In this document: positions 24,526-37,921 of the stretch, one piece after another | How positions within the stretch are numbered: position 1 is the first letter of the stretch | How the letters are laid out: every line of letters begins with the position of its first letter | Assembly: GCA_964016885.1 (NCBI GenBank) | Contig: OZ024744.1 | Coordinates: 31,124,001-31,188,000, forward strand | DNA: 64,000 bases | Reading direction: 5' to 3' | Origin: Eledone cirrhosa | Lineage: Eukaryota | Program-made: the position numbers and the translations under genes | The notes under the pieces: model-generated | Databases searched by the model: none | What the model was told of the DNA's origin: nothing | What the model saw: only the letters and a program-made list of their open reading frames with translations

Positions 24526-25000
24526 GATAAACACATACGTGTTTGTATTGTAAGAGACAAAGTTAGCTAGAATGAAATAAACTAATTAAAATGAATACAA
24601 TTTGTCTGTCTCGATATAAGTCAATAAAGACAAGCTTATATTGGCAAAAGCCGTGATTCCTGGACAAATTTAAATTTCAAAATCCAAACCTGCTCCGTAG
24701 ATGAATTTGAACTTCGAAACCTAAATATGTTTCGCAACGATGGTATAAAAATTGAAATATAAAAAAATTGAAATATACAAAGTGAAATATTCAAATCTTA
24801 TGTGCTTATCAACAGGAATCCAGTAAAATTAGTACATTTCACCTCCAAAAATTTTGCAGGACTGATTCACACGTGGTATAACCAGCTATACTAGCCATCC
24901 CATACTCCCGGTGCTAGAAATAACAGCCGTTTATAAGGTAAGGAACCAGGTGGACCATAACGCACCAAAGTACTCAATACTTAGGGTAGTAGAGTGGGTA

Positions 25001-25126
25001 ATAGGAACGAGTAGGACCCCGACGGCTGAGCTCAAGCCTTTCGACGGCTAATTCTGGACTAATTGAGTCCAGAATTAGCCGTCGAAACGGCTTGAGCTCA
25101 GCCGTCGGGGTCCTACTCGTTCCTAT
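25001..25126. repeat. Near-perfect palindrome of about 125 bp
   Basis: ATAGGAACGAGTAGGACCCCGACGGCTGAGCTCAAGCC...GGCTTGAGCTCAGCCGTCGGGGTCCTACTCGTTCCTAT. One arm recurs at 56669..56714. Confidence 0.95.
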
Positions 25127-25184
25127 ATATATATATATATATTTATACATAATTACATAAACGGAGAAAGCTATATATATATAT

Positions 25185-25397
<213 letters not shown>

Positions 25398-25738
25398 GTC
25401 TTTGGTAATGAGACCAGGGAGACTATTAATCATGGGAGTACTCAATTTATGGACCGATGCAGAATGAGTATAGAGCTTGTCGCCACGGTCGGGTGTTACA
25501 CACACACACACGCACACACATAAATATGAGTGCGCACGCATACAAACATACAAAACCACTACATAAACGAATAGATACATACATATATACATTTACACAT
25601 ACATACATTCATACATATATAGATATATTCATACATACATATACATATATATATATATATATACACTCATACATCCATCCATAAATAAATCAACACATAC
25701 ATACATACATACACACATACATACATGCATACATACAT

Positions 25739-27345
25739 GATGGCTGTCCCCTCGTTATCGAGTATGGCCATTGCACGAAAAAATAAAAAATAATAATGAA
25801 ATAATAATAATAATAATTGTTTCTACTTTTGGCACAAGGCCAGCAAATACCCAGTGCATTACTGGTACTTTATTTTATCGACCTCGTAAGGATGGATGGC
25901 AAAGTTAACCTCGGCGGGATTAGAACTCAGACCGTAAAGGGACGTAACTATGCTAGAAAGCATGGCGTCCAACCATCTACCGATACGGCCAATTCACTAA
26001 TAATAATAATAATACACACACACATATACATATCTCTATATACATATACACATACACACACACACGCACACACACACAATAACAATTAACAGCGCTGCGA
26101 TCGAATGTGGCTTTGTAGCCCAGCCAATGATCTAAAATGTCTTGCACAGAGTCGGCAACCAAAACATTCACTGGGAATAGTCGGCTGTGGTTGGAGTTCG
26201 TGTACTTTTGCATGTCGTTTGAGCCCTCCTGCTGATCTACATTCTCTACCACATGCTTGGCAAGCATGATGAGTAGCATCTCCAACAGCAGCCTGGTAGT
26301 CAACCACTAGTCTCACTTTATGACTGCGAAGATGACTTTCGAGTCCAGCTTTGATGAGGCAGAGTCTCGCACAGACGCTGCATGTCAGTGCCATAAGAGG
26401 GCCGCTGTCTGGAAATGCAACAGTAATGCCCTTCCTTACACCCCTCTTTACTGTCTCGTATGCGATTTGAGATGCCTCAAGGCAACTTTCCCCTCCTATA
26501 CAGTCTTTCTCCATTTCTAACGATCGGCAGCAATATTTTCCCATGTATCAGCAGCGATGTTAGCGTATTTCAAAGGGGCTTTCAACGAATCCTTATACTT
26601 CTTTTTTGTTTATGTGGAGGTCGTTTTCCTTTAACTAACTCTCCATAAAAGAGTTGTTTTGGTATTCTAAAATCCTTCATCCTGACAAGGTGACCACTCC
26701 AATGGAGTCTTTGCTTAAACACACGAGCTTCTATACTGTCACACAGAGAGCTTTCCAAAATCTCGTCATCACTGATGTGGTCCCTCCAGTGAACGCCATC
26801 TGATGGAAACGCTCCAATTGTTTAAGGTGGTGTCGATATGTGACCCAGGTCTCGCAGGCATAAAGAAGACAAGAGAGCACACATGCCTTGTACACCTTTA
26901 CCTTTGTCCTCCTGCATATGTCTCGCCGACCCCAGAGGCACCTTTCTAGCTTTCCGAAAGCATCACTTGCTTTCCTAATCCTGAGTGGAATTTCATTATC
27001 AAGGTTGCTGTATCGATTGACAGTGCTTCCCGGGTAGACAAACTGATCAACCACTTCAAGTCGTTTAACATACACATAGATATTTGGCTCAGTGTACTGC
27101 TTACCAGGGGCAGGTTGGTACATGACGACGGTTTTCTTGAGACTGACAGTCAATCCTAGGGCAGTGAAAGCATCAGAAATTGCATTCAAAATGTGCTGCA
27201 TATCACTCTCTGTATGCGCTACAAGATCGCAATCATATGCGTACGAGAGGTCTCTTATGATTGACGTAGATACTTTTCGTTTTGCAGCAAGGCGCCTAAT
27301 GTTAAATATGCTGCCTGACGTTCGATATTGGATGTAAACACAATG
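25739..27345 (-). mobile_element. RTE-clade LINE, 5'-truncated, with C-terminal C2H2 fingers; its 3' UTR is interrupted by a SINE
   Basis: The RT C-terminal part in ORF 26731..27498 has a decayed YADD (YAYD), GLTVSLKKT and TKVKVYKACVLSCLLYACETW. Fingers are in 26086..26544. An RTE-type stem-loop plus (TATG)n tail lies at 25739-25776; linking that tail to this copy is inferred. Confidence 0.88.
25818..25997 (-). mobile_element. tRNA-derived SINE
   Basis: Reverse complement of the 60255 SINE with B-box GAGTTCTAATCC; (AAT)n on both sides. Confidence 0.9.
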
Positions 27346-27418
27346 CATACATACATACATACATACATACATACATACATACATACATACATACATACAT
27401 ACATACATACATACATAC
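27346..27418. repeat. (CATA)n microsatellite
   Basis: Direct reading; a second run lies at 28005-28100. Confidence 0.98.
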
Positions 27419-28004
27419 ACGGTGGCTGCCAACTCGTTTTCGAGTGCGGCCACTACTTTATATCCATGTAGGATAACCCCTACCGATGCACTGAACAAGC
27501 GTGACTTTTTAGTCCAGCCAGCGACTTAAAAACTCTGGTACAAACACTACACTTGTGAAAATGATTGATACATAGTGCTGGGCCCATGGTACCATGTGAC
27601 GACAAGTGCAGAGAGATCCCCAGATATAAAGGAATGCCTGTGCCGTGAAGCTTTTATAGTGAGCAAAGGCACTGCACAAAGCCAGTCCCACTCTCTTAAC
27701 CAAGATGATATTTACCAAAAAGAAGAACAAGTCAACATCATTGGATACCATCAGGGTTGCAGGTGTTATATCAGAGTTTTCCTTCTCCTAGAATTCTGCC
27801 TTGACAAAGGCTAAGGGGTCATCTCTCCCGGTGATTTTGGATGGCCATTGACTCTTAAGAGCTCCTTTGCCCTCTGACAGGTTTTGTTTTTAGTCCTGCA
27901 GGATGTCCAAAGTCACCCTCCTTGCCAGTTTAGTCGCCAACGACCCGATCATGAGACAGGCTGTGCTGGGATACATGTTACCAGCAGCACCAACTGGTGA
28001 CCTG
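27419..28004 (-). mobile_element. Non-autonomous bipartite RTE-derived element (5' UTR-like part joined to 3' end)
   Basis: 27712..28004 carries TTAGCCTTTGTCAAGGCAG..CTAGGAGAAGGAAAACTCTG, which I recognise as RTE 5'-UTR-like. 27419..27709 is the finger/stem-loop 3' end. (CATA)n on both sides. Confidence 0.65.
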
Positions 28005-28071
28005 ACATACATACATACATACATACATACATACATACATACATACATACATACATACATACATACATACA

Positions 28072-28102
<31 letters not shown>

Positions 28103-28103
28103 C

Positions 28104-30870
28104 TAGAGCTGTTAGCGAAAAACGCCGATACCAGAAGAAGGTAGATGAGAGAAAAGTGCTTAATAAAAGATTCAGACGAAACCAAACATCAGTCTACAGA
28201 GATATGAAGAGCAAAATAATAAGTGTCACTGAGGCCCCATCCCAGAAAGACATAGATTCCTTTTGGAGAAAAATATGGGGTGAAAAGAAGAATTTCAACC
28301 AAGAGGCAGTGTGGTTAAGAGAAATCCGAAAGAACTATTGCTCCTACACTACAAAAAAAAAACATACGAAATAAGTGAGGGTACCCGTGAGACTGTGATA
28401 GGAAAACTTCAAGATAAGAAAGCACCAGGAAGAGATATGATTGTCGGCTACTGGTACAAAAAACTGATATTATATCGGAGGTATCTTACTGACCTCTACC
28501 AACAAGTTCTTGAGGGACATACACTTATACCAGAATGGTTGACATTAGCACAAACATTACTGGTCCCCAAGAACAAAGACACCCACTTGGCAAAATCTAC
28601 CAACCCATTGCATGCCAGGACCTGAAATATAAGATGTATACAGCCTGCCTGAACCCATTCCTCCAAGATCACTGTGAAAATAATAACATCATCACAGATG
28701 AACAAGCAGCTGGAAAGAAAGGGGTTTGGGGATGTGCTGAACAGCTCCTAATCACCAAAACTGCGATGTCGGAGGTGCGACAACTTAGGAGGAATATGTC
28801 TACAGTCTGGCTGGACTACAGGAAAGCTTTCGATTCTGTTCCCCACTCTTGGATGATAGAGGCCCTCCAACTTGCTTAAGTCCCAGACATTATTGTCAGA
28901 GCCATAGAGAAGCTGTCTTCTTCTTGGGCTACTATCCTAAGGTTAAAGACAGAGAGGGAGGACTCTATTTTCACTGATAAAATAAAATATTGCAGGTGTA
29001 TATTTCAGGGGGACAGTCTCTCTGTGATATTATTCATCTTGTCATTAAACCCCTTGTCCTTTCTGATCAAGAAATGTGAGGGATACATCATTGGCTCACA
29101 GGAGGACAGAAATACGAACCTAACCCATAATTTCTTTGTGGATGATCTGAAACTCTATGCCAAGAACATGGATGGGATGAAGAAAAATCTTGATCTGGTG
29201 ACAACGTTCTCAAAGGATATAGGAATGGAGTTTGGCCAATATAAATGTTGATACATGACTGTAAAGCAGGGAAAAACAACAACCCAATCTATCAACATTG
29301 TCATCAATGGCCTAACTGTTTCACCGATATCTGATGAGGACTGCTACAGATACCTGGGGATAGATGAGGACATATCCTATAATGGTATATGTAATAAAGA
29401 ACGCGTAACCAGGGAATACTATACCCGATTAAGAAAGATCTGGTCATCGGAACTCTCTGCGCAAAACAAAACAGTGGCTCACAATGTGTTTGCTGTGCCT
29501 GTCCTAACACCAACGTTTGGAATACTCAATTGGACGATAGACGAAATCCGAGCAGTTGATGTTGGAACTCGAAGAATACTAAACAACACTGGAAACTTCC
29601 ACATCAACAGTGACATAGACCGCCTTTACTTGAAACGTAAGTAGGGAGGCAGAGGCCTAACATCAGTCCAGACAGCATTTGAATGTCGCATCGTATCTCT
29701 CCGACAACATCTACGAACCTCGAAGTGTAGGAGCCCGTCTCTCGAGCAAGTCTATCTGCATGAAACAGATAAGATCATGAGAGCTGGGAAGGAATTCCTT
29801 GAGAGATATTCCCTGTGTGATGATCAAAAACTCACACCCAGGGATGTCGCTCAGCAGTATCGTAGTGAATCCATGGATGAAAAACTGCATGCTTATCAGC
29901 AAAAATTCTTGCATGAATATGGTGTCAGGAAGCTCCAGAGTGAGAGTAATATAGATAAGGAAAGTAGTCTATCTTGGACCAACAACCGCTATATTGGCTC
30001 CCACTTTGAAGGATACGCAATCCAAGAACAGAAGATTAACACGAAATACCTGATTCACAAAAGAGATAGGGATGCAGGCAAAACACCTAGATGTGATAAC
30101 AAGTGCAGACTCTGCAGAACTAACATCGAGGATATCATCCATGTCATCAGCAGCTGTCCAAAGATATCATCGCGGTCCTATCTACCTATGAGGCATGATG
30201 TAGTGGCCAAAACACTGTACAATGCAGTTCGTAAAAAAAGATATTCCCGATAATAAATACCTTAAAAGCTACAGCAATATGAAAGGGTACTGGTGGAATG
30301 TTCCAGTAAAAACCCCAATAAAATGCAGGCATAACAGACCAGATATTATGATATGGGACAGGGAGAAGAAAACATGCACAGTAGTGGAAGTTAGCTGCCC
30401 AGCAGATGCCAATATAATATGAAAGATTAGTGAAAAGTAGAATATCTATGCAGAACTAATGAGAAATCTGCAGACACTCCAGCCTGGCTATATCCTTCAG
30501 ATTTATACCTGTGATTATTGGGGCACTGGGATATGTTATTAACTGCCTCAATACAAATCTTGAGAAGCCGGGCTTCATAGGAACAGAAAGAACACAACTA
30601 GTTAGGAAATTACAATTACGATCTCTTAACGGAACAGTAAAAATATGTAAAATATTCCAAAAATTCTGCATCTAATATCTAATAGAGATACAAAGCATAT
30701 ACACATGTACATATATAACTCAAAACAGACACATCCACACACACAATAAACATCCATATCTGCACACACATGCACGCAGACATATATACCTAGTTGATGT
30801 ATCTATCTTAGAAACCGACTCTCTCTCTCTCTATTGGTAAAAGTTTACAATATTATAAAACCAGAAAATG
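28104..30870 (+). mobile_element. R4/Dong-type RLE LINE family B, 5'-truncated second copy
   Basis: Inverted paralogue of 14845..17640, with the same RT, CCHC and RLE motifs in ORF pieces 28156..30422. CATA repeats on both sides. Confidence 0.93.
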
Positions 30871-30890
30871 TACATACGTACATACATACA

Positions 30891-31330
30891 AGTGCCACCA
30901 AATTAAAGCACAACCGGCCTGATATTGTTGTTTGGGACCACACATTGAAAACGTGCTCAGTTGTAGAGATCAGCTGCCCACTAGATGTCAACGTTGTAAG
31001 AAAAATACAGGAGAAGGAGGACATCTACGGACCATTGATGAGGAGTTTGCAGATTCAGTATCCAAGATACACCGTCAGTTTCATACCCATCATTATTGGA
31101 TCTACGGATTATATACCAACCCGCTTGGACCAAAGTATGACTGAACTTGGATTTGTGGGCAAAGAGCACAGCTCTCTAATTCATAGAATACAAATGGCTG
31201 CGATAGCTGTCACCACCAAAATTTGCAAAACATTCTTGTGATTCAAGGGATGACAATTTCTTTTCTTTTACAACCTTGCCACCAGGAAGGTGGCCGGTCA
31301 AAAATGTTCTCAAAATTAAGAGAAAGAGAA
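30891..31330 (+). mobile_element. R4/Dong-type RLE LINE family C, short 3' fragment
   Basis: KHNRPDIVVWD..VVEISCP..IPIIIG..KICKTFL*. Related to but clearly distinct from family B. (CATA)n tail. Confidence 0.85.
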
Positions 31331-31670
31331 ACATACATACATACACACATGCATACATACAAGCATACATTCATACATACATACATACATACATACATAC
31401 ATACATACATACATACATACATACATACATACATACGTAGATGCATACATACCTACAAACATACATAAATAGATATATACATACATCCATACATACATAC
31501 ATACATACATACAAACATACATACAGACATACATTCAAACCTACATAAATATATACGTAGATATATACATATATACATATATACATACATAATATATGCG
31601 TAGATATATGCACACATACATATATACACATACTTAGATATATACATAGATACTTAGATATATGCATACA
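31331..31670. repeat. (CATA)n and degenerate CA/TA low-complexity tract
   Basis: Direct reading. Confidence 0.95.
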
Positions 31671-32104
31671 AAGATGCAAACGGGCATATGTTTGTCATTG
31701 GTTTATCACGAAATAGAAGGGAACGGTCGTGTCCATAGTTGGTTGGGTATATTTTCTGTAGATGAAAGCTTCAGAGCTCAGCTGATATTGAGTTCGTTGC
31801 ACACGTTTTCTGTTTGATGTGAAAATGGTGATTAAGTATTGAGAGGAATGTTTGGCAACTGATACACGTCTCACATGTTTCACATATCAAACAGACTTGC
31901 AATATTGTAATTCTATACACATACAAACAGCCACCCACACACAGAGACAGATACACAGAGGCATAGACACATACATACATGCGTACATACACACATATAT
32001 ATGTACATGTGTGAATAAATATGTCCGTGCATATACAGATTACATACATACACACATATATATATATATACAATCACTCACACACACACACACACATATA
32101 TACA

Positions 32105-32190
<86 letters not shown>

Positions 32191-32197
<7 letters not shown>

Positions 32198-32682
32198 TAA
32201 CAGATTAAAGTTTAAGCAAAGAATCGCTGCTTTCACCCTTAACGGGATCTTCTGAAACTAACAAAGTCAATCTGTAAACGCAGAAGTGGATATTTCAAAA
32301 AACGTTGCAACTGGAGGAAGTCAGGAAGACGATACTTTGGTTCGTGGAAACGTTCCCTGGCAAAGTTTTAGGTATGTTTTCCTGCTTGGTACGGGTATGT
32401 TCTTTGTAAAAATATTCAGATGTTGTTTCTGCATGATGAATATAAGTCAATAGAGTGCTCAACCGAGGGAGCCAAATCTGAATATTTCTACAAACAACAT
32501 ACCCGTACCAAGCAGGAAAACATACCTAAAATTCCTGATATTCGTTTTTTCCCGTTCTTTGCCAGGGAACGTTTCCACGAACCAAAGTATCGTCTTCCTG
32601 AAGTTACTTTGTTAGTTTCAGAAGATCCTGTTAAGGGTGAAAGCAGTGATTCTTTGCTTAAACTTTAATCTGTTTTTTTAAT
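32191..32682. repeat. Foldback of about 490 bp (long imperfect inverted repeat)
   Basis: 32191..32267 pairs with 32604..32682, and 32321..32420 pairs with about 32476..32601. Confidence 0.9.
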
Positions 32683-32778
32683 AAATATTTGCTCTACGGT
32701 TCTTATATATTCTTATATATTTGATATATATTTATCCTTATCAAGCCCTCTTTGGATTTTAGTCTTCAAATGTATTAT

Positions 32779-32829
<51 letters not shown>

Positions 32830-32859
32830 TGACTTTATGAATGAGTTTTTTTTTTGTCC

Positions 32860-35310
32860 CAACTTGTCCTTGCACTAACAAGGCATCAGAAGAACATTCT
32901 GGACCTAGTGTTTAGTAACCACACTAACACTATACATAATATTACAGTAGGAAAAAAAAACCTTCTTTCAGACCATGACATGGTTTTATGAAACCTGAGA
33001 TTCCACCAGCCGAAAGCTAATCCTAGTGACCTCTCTCCAGCCCACCCATTTGATAACATGGATCTCTACAATGCCAACTGGGATGGGATGCAATTATGAA
33101 CGAACTATCACATGTTGACTGGTCTTTTACACACGCACATATTTCCACCAACATCAAAACATCTTAGCAGATCTTTGTAGACACTGTCACAAATATATGT
33201 ATACATCTCACCAAGACCTGTGAACAAAACTAAGTGCAGTATCCCCCAAAAACAGAAAAACTATTATCAGAAAAATAAAAAGAACAAACAAAAAAATTAA
33301 CAAACAAAAATACTGCCAACAACAACAGCACACATTTGACGGCTATCGCACTGTTTGAATAACATAAATATAACCTCCAGCAATGCATGATCACCATCAT
33401 CAATAACCAAAGAACAGCTGAAGAGAAGTGGGTTATTCAGAAACTCAAACTCAAACCCAAAGTGTTCTTTTCATATGCGAAAAAACAAAAGGTCACCGTC
33501 TCCACTGTTGGCCCTCTAATTGATGAAAATGGCACTCTCCAAGATAATGCCAAAACCATGGGTGAGATACTGCAGAAACAATACTGCTCTGTTTTCAGCA
33601 ATCCTGATATGGCCGATCTGGGTTGTATCAGTGGTGTTAATCCCCAACACACTATATCGGACATAACGTTTGGCGCCCCTGATGTCTTTGGGGCAATAAA
33701 CGAAATTAAACACTATTAGGCAGTAGGCCCCGATAGGTTCCCTGCTTGTGTCCTGAAGGTGTATCGACATCAACTTGCATCTCATCTTGCTAATCTGTGG
33801 AGAAACTCACTGGATGCTGGCTATATTCCTGAAAACTTTGTGTCCCAGTCTGTTGTCCCAGTTTTCAAAAAGGAAGGGAAACAAGTCCCTTGCAGTAAAC
33901 TACCGTACGATCTCACTCACCTCAAGGTATTTGAGAGGGTGGTGAGATCACCAATACCCACTTTTTCGAAAGCAACACACCGCTAAACTCCAACCAACAT
34001 GGGTTCCGTAATGGAAGGGACTGCGTAACGCAGCTCCTGCATCACATTTGAGAGCTTTGGGAGAGAGCTCCAACAATGATGTCATCTTGATTTCAGCAAG
34101 GCTTTTGGCAGGGTTGATCATAAGATTTTATTGAAACAATTATCCAACATTGGTGTGTCTGGAAAATTACTACAGTGGATCTAGTGTTTCCTGACAGACA
34201 GAGCCCAACATGTTGTAGTCGGAGTAAAATCTAGCCCAGCCAAAGTCAGTAGTGACCTCCTTCAAGGTACTGTGTTGGGCCCACTTCTTTTCATCATCTA
34301 CATTAATGACATTACTGACATCATCAAGCACAACAACTTAAGAATCTTTGCAGATGATTCCAAGCTCCAGAAGGTCATCAATGAGGTGGGTGACCGGACT
34401 TGCCTTCAGTCAGACCTACTGGCTGTTTTCGAATGGGCAGAAAAGAACAATATGTTGCTGAATGAGGATAAATTCGAGTTAATCTACTTTGGAAAAGTGA
34501 ATGCCCTGAAACTCCCATACTCCCTTCTTTCGGGTGAAACTCTTGTGGCATCCAACAACATCGGAGACTTGGGAGTAATTGTGGACAACAACATAAGCTG
34601 GGCCACTCATATAAACAGCAATGTTGACATGGTCCGCAGAATTTGTTCCTGGATGCTCAGAACCTTCCGGGCGAGAGATATCCACACTGTTATCCTTCTC
34701 TTCCACACTTTTGCCCGACCCCACCTTGAATACTGTTGTCCAATGTGGTCTTCCCATACGAAACAAAGTATCATGAAATTTGAAGCACCCCAAAGGTATA
34801 TTACAAAAAAGATTGTTGGCATGACAGTCCTTGACTATTGGAGTCGATTAGAAAAGCTCAACATTTATTCTCTTCAACATCGCCGTGAGTGCTACATTAT
34901 CTGCATGATGTGGAACTTATTCCATCAGCATTGCCCAAGTGATGTTGGCATCATCTTTAAGGTACACCCAAGGATTGGGCCCCATGCTATCCACCCATGA
35001 CAAAAATCTCACTCGCATCTCATAACAACAATACGGCACAATTATTTCACCTCATTTGGCCCGCTCTCTTTAACATTGCACCAAAAGACATTAAAACAGA
35101 AACAGACCGCATAAAATTCAAGAAGTCTTTGGACAAATTCCTTCATGAAATTCCGGATGAACCTCCTACACCCGGTTATGTTTCCGTAAACAATAACTCT
35201 CTACTTGAGTAGGCCATGGTGTCCAAATCCTGATTTGAAAAACTTCACCAGGTGGTGATATTAAATTAGACATGGCCTGGTCAATACTAGCCGAAACCTA
35301 TCAAAGTTAT
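32860..35310 (+). mobile_element. Decayed CR1-group LINE (end of APE, RT, 3' end)
   Basis: NILDLVF and SDH remnants, GPD, QHGFR, DFSKAF, QGTVLGPLLFIIYIND, FADDSKL, RPHLEYC (ORF 34272..35000), KFKKSLDKFL..IPDEP. Many frameshifts. Confidence 0.9.
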
Positions 35311-35366
35311 GTATATATATATTAATTCAAAATATTAACAAAATAGATATTCTTGTGATCAATTAT

Positions 35367-35431
35367 ATTTTATTATACATATTTCAGAGGTACTGAGTGA
35401 AGTTCAACAGTACGTCCTCATCAGATAAAAT
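35367..35431 (-). ncRNA. Type I hammerhead ribozyme motif
   Basis: ATTTTAT-CTGATGA-[GGACGTACTG..CAGTACCTCT]-GAAA-TATGTA-TA-ATAAAAT, with a 7-bp stem I. Confidence 0.7.
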
Positions 35432-35771
35432 AAAATGATACATGACATACCCTGACATAGTAGATGGTTAAAATTCAATCAAAGTAGTGCTTCCAATCTA
35501 TTGTAAACTCATTCTGTGATGTATTCAATGAAACTTGTTTAACTCTTAATTATATATTTATATATATATATATATAAATATATGTAGATAAATCTACCAA
35601 GAGTTTACGGTAGTGTCCAATCCGTATGAAGAACTCAATGTATTCCGGATATCATGGAAAGAAGAGATGTAATGAAAAACCACTTTCGGTGAAAGATAAA
35701 CGGTATACAGAGTCAAGATAAAATATTAAACAAATAATGAATAAACAATTCCTTATATTAAACAAAAAAAG

Positions 35772-35926
35772 TTCATTATTTAACGATCGTTTCTAGGATA
35801 TATATGTGTTAGAATTGGTATGCATATTCAACAGATCTATGTACAAAATTATACAAAATTATACAAATTATCAAGATTAAATATACATACCAAACACATA
35901 TATACGCCGTCTTCAGAAATAATGAA
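35772..35926 (-). ncRNA. Type I hammerhead ribozyme motif with long stem II
   Basis: TTCATTATTT-CTGAAGA-[stem II including TATATATGTGTT/AACACATATATA]-GAAA-CGATCG-TT-AAATAATGAA, with a 10-bp stem I and a palindromic stem III. Confidence 0.7.
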
Positions 35927-36584
35927 GTATATTTATTGATAATAACAACAATTCAAAATTTCAGTTCAAAATTGACCAATGAAAACACAAAGGGTTAAAT
36001 GCAGTTCGGTGTGTGTATATACATGTAAAACCCTTACACATATTTTACAAAAATGTATGTATAATTTGTATACGCATACTAAAAGGATGGATGCAAATAC
36101 AAAATTTCAAGGTTAATGTCTCTGTAAGTTTACAATGCGCAGATAAGATGCGTATTGACACTTATGAAGTTAAGTAATATAAATATATTTTTTCATACTC
36201 ACACATATCCGTACAATCACACATACACGCGCGTATATGCATAAATATACACATAACCACGAACATACAAACACACACACACCCCCACTCACATTTATAT
36301 ATGTGGATATAAAATCATAAGCACATGGATATTAATTCACTCACATAAAACACTGGTACACACATTTTTAGATCAAGATACAGAAATTAGGTGGGAGGGG
36401 GGGGAGGGGTCAGTATTCAACTGTCTGAGCAGACTGCCTAATATAAATGTATCTATAAACTAAGAAAAATAAAAAATAAAAAGATAAAATATAATAAATA
36501 AAACAAAACATTAAAGAGGAAAGAATAGAAAGAAAAACAGAAAAAAGAAAAATGAAAAAAGAAAAAAGAAATATATCAAGAAAA

Positions 36585-36609
36585 TAAATATATATATATA
36601 CACATATAT

Positions 36610-36662
<53 letters not shown>

Positions 36663-36866
36663 TATATATATATATAAAAACATACATATATATACACATA
36701 GACACACACATATCCATACATAAATATACACACATATATAAACACATACATACATATACACACATCCACACTAAGAACATACATATACACACATATATAA
36801 ACATATACATATACACACATACATACATATACACATATACATACAAATACACATACATATATATAT

Positions 36867-36916
<50 letters not shown>

Positions 36917-37292
36917 GTACATACACGTACATATACACACACATATACATATAATCACACATACTATATAGACACAGATATATATAACCACACACATACA
37001 TGCACATATACAACACTTACATACTAATATACATACAGATATACACATACATAGCTATATATACACACAAATATATACAGACTTACATATATACATACAG
37101 ACAAATACTTACGCATCTATATATCGGTATATACATACAAACACCACTACACTATCACACAACTTAGAAATACAAAGAGAAAGGTATATACCTATACACA
37201 CATACATATACAAATAGAAAAACATATAGATATATATATATATATATATATATACATACACACACATATACATATACATATATATATATAAC

Positions 37293-37333
<41 letters not shown>

Positions 37334-37571
37334 CAAATACACATACACACACATACAGATATATACACATACATACATGTACACACACATAGAAATATTT
37401 ACGCATACACACATACACACATACATATAAAGTCATACACACACATACACCTACACGAACATACACATACACATATATAAAGATATATATATACACACAC
37501 ACACACGCAACACATACACACATACACATATATATGAAAAATAAATAATAAAGATATATACATATATATAT

Positions 37572-37620
<49 letters not shown>

Positions 37621-37921
37621 CACATACACCTAAATATACATACACATACATACATACATAGACATACATGTACATACATATACGTACATCGATATACATA
37701 TATATATATATATATATACACACATAGACATATACATACATACACACACAACTTACATACACACATATATATACTTGTATATTCATACATAGAATTAGAT
37801 ATAATCATACATACATAAATATATATATATATATATAAATGTAAGTATGTATGTATACGTACATACATATATGTATACAGACGTACAGTAGTATGTATAT
37901 ATATACAAGCACACATATATA
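36585..37921. repeat. Degenerate (CA/TA)n low-complexity tract of about 1.3 kb
   Basis: Direct reading; it is the source of the spurious YI/CV-rich ORFs. Confidence 0.95.
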
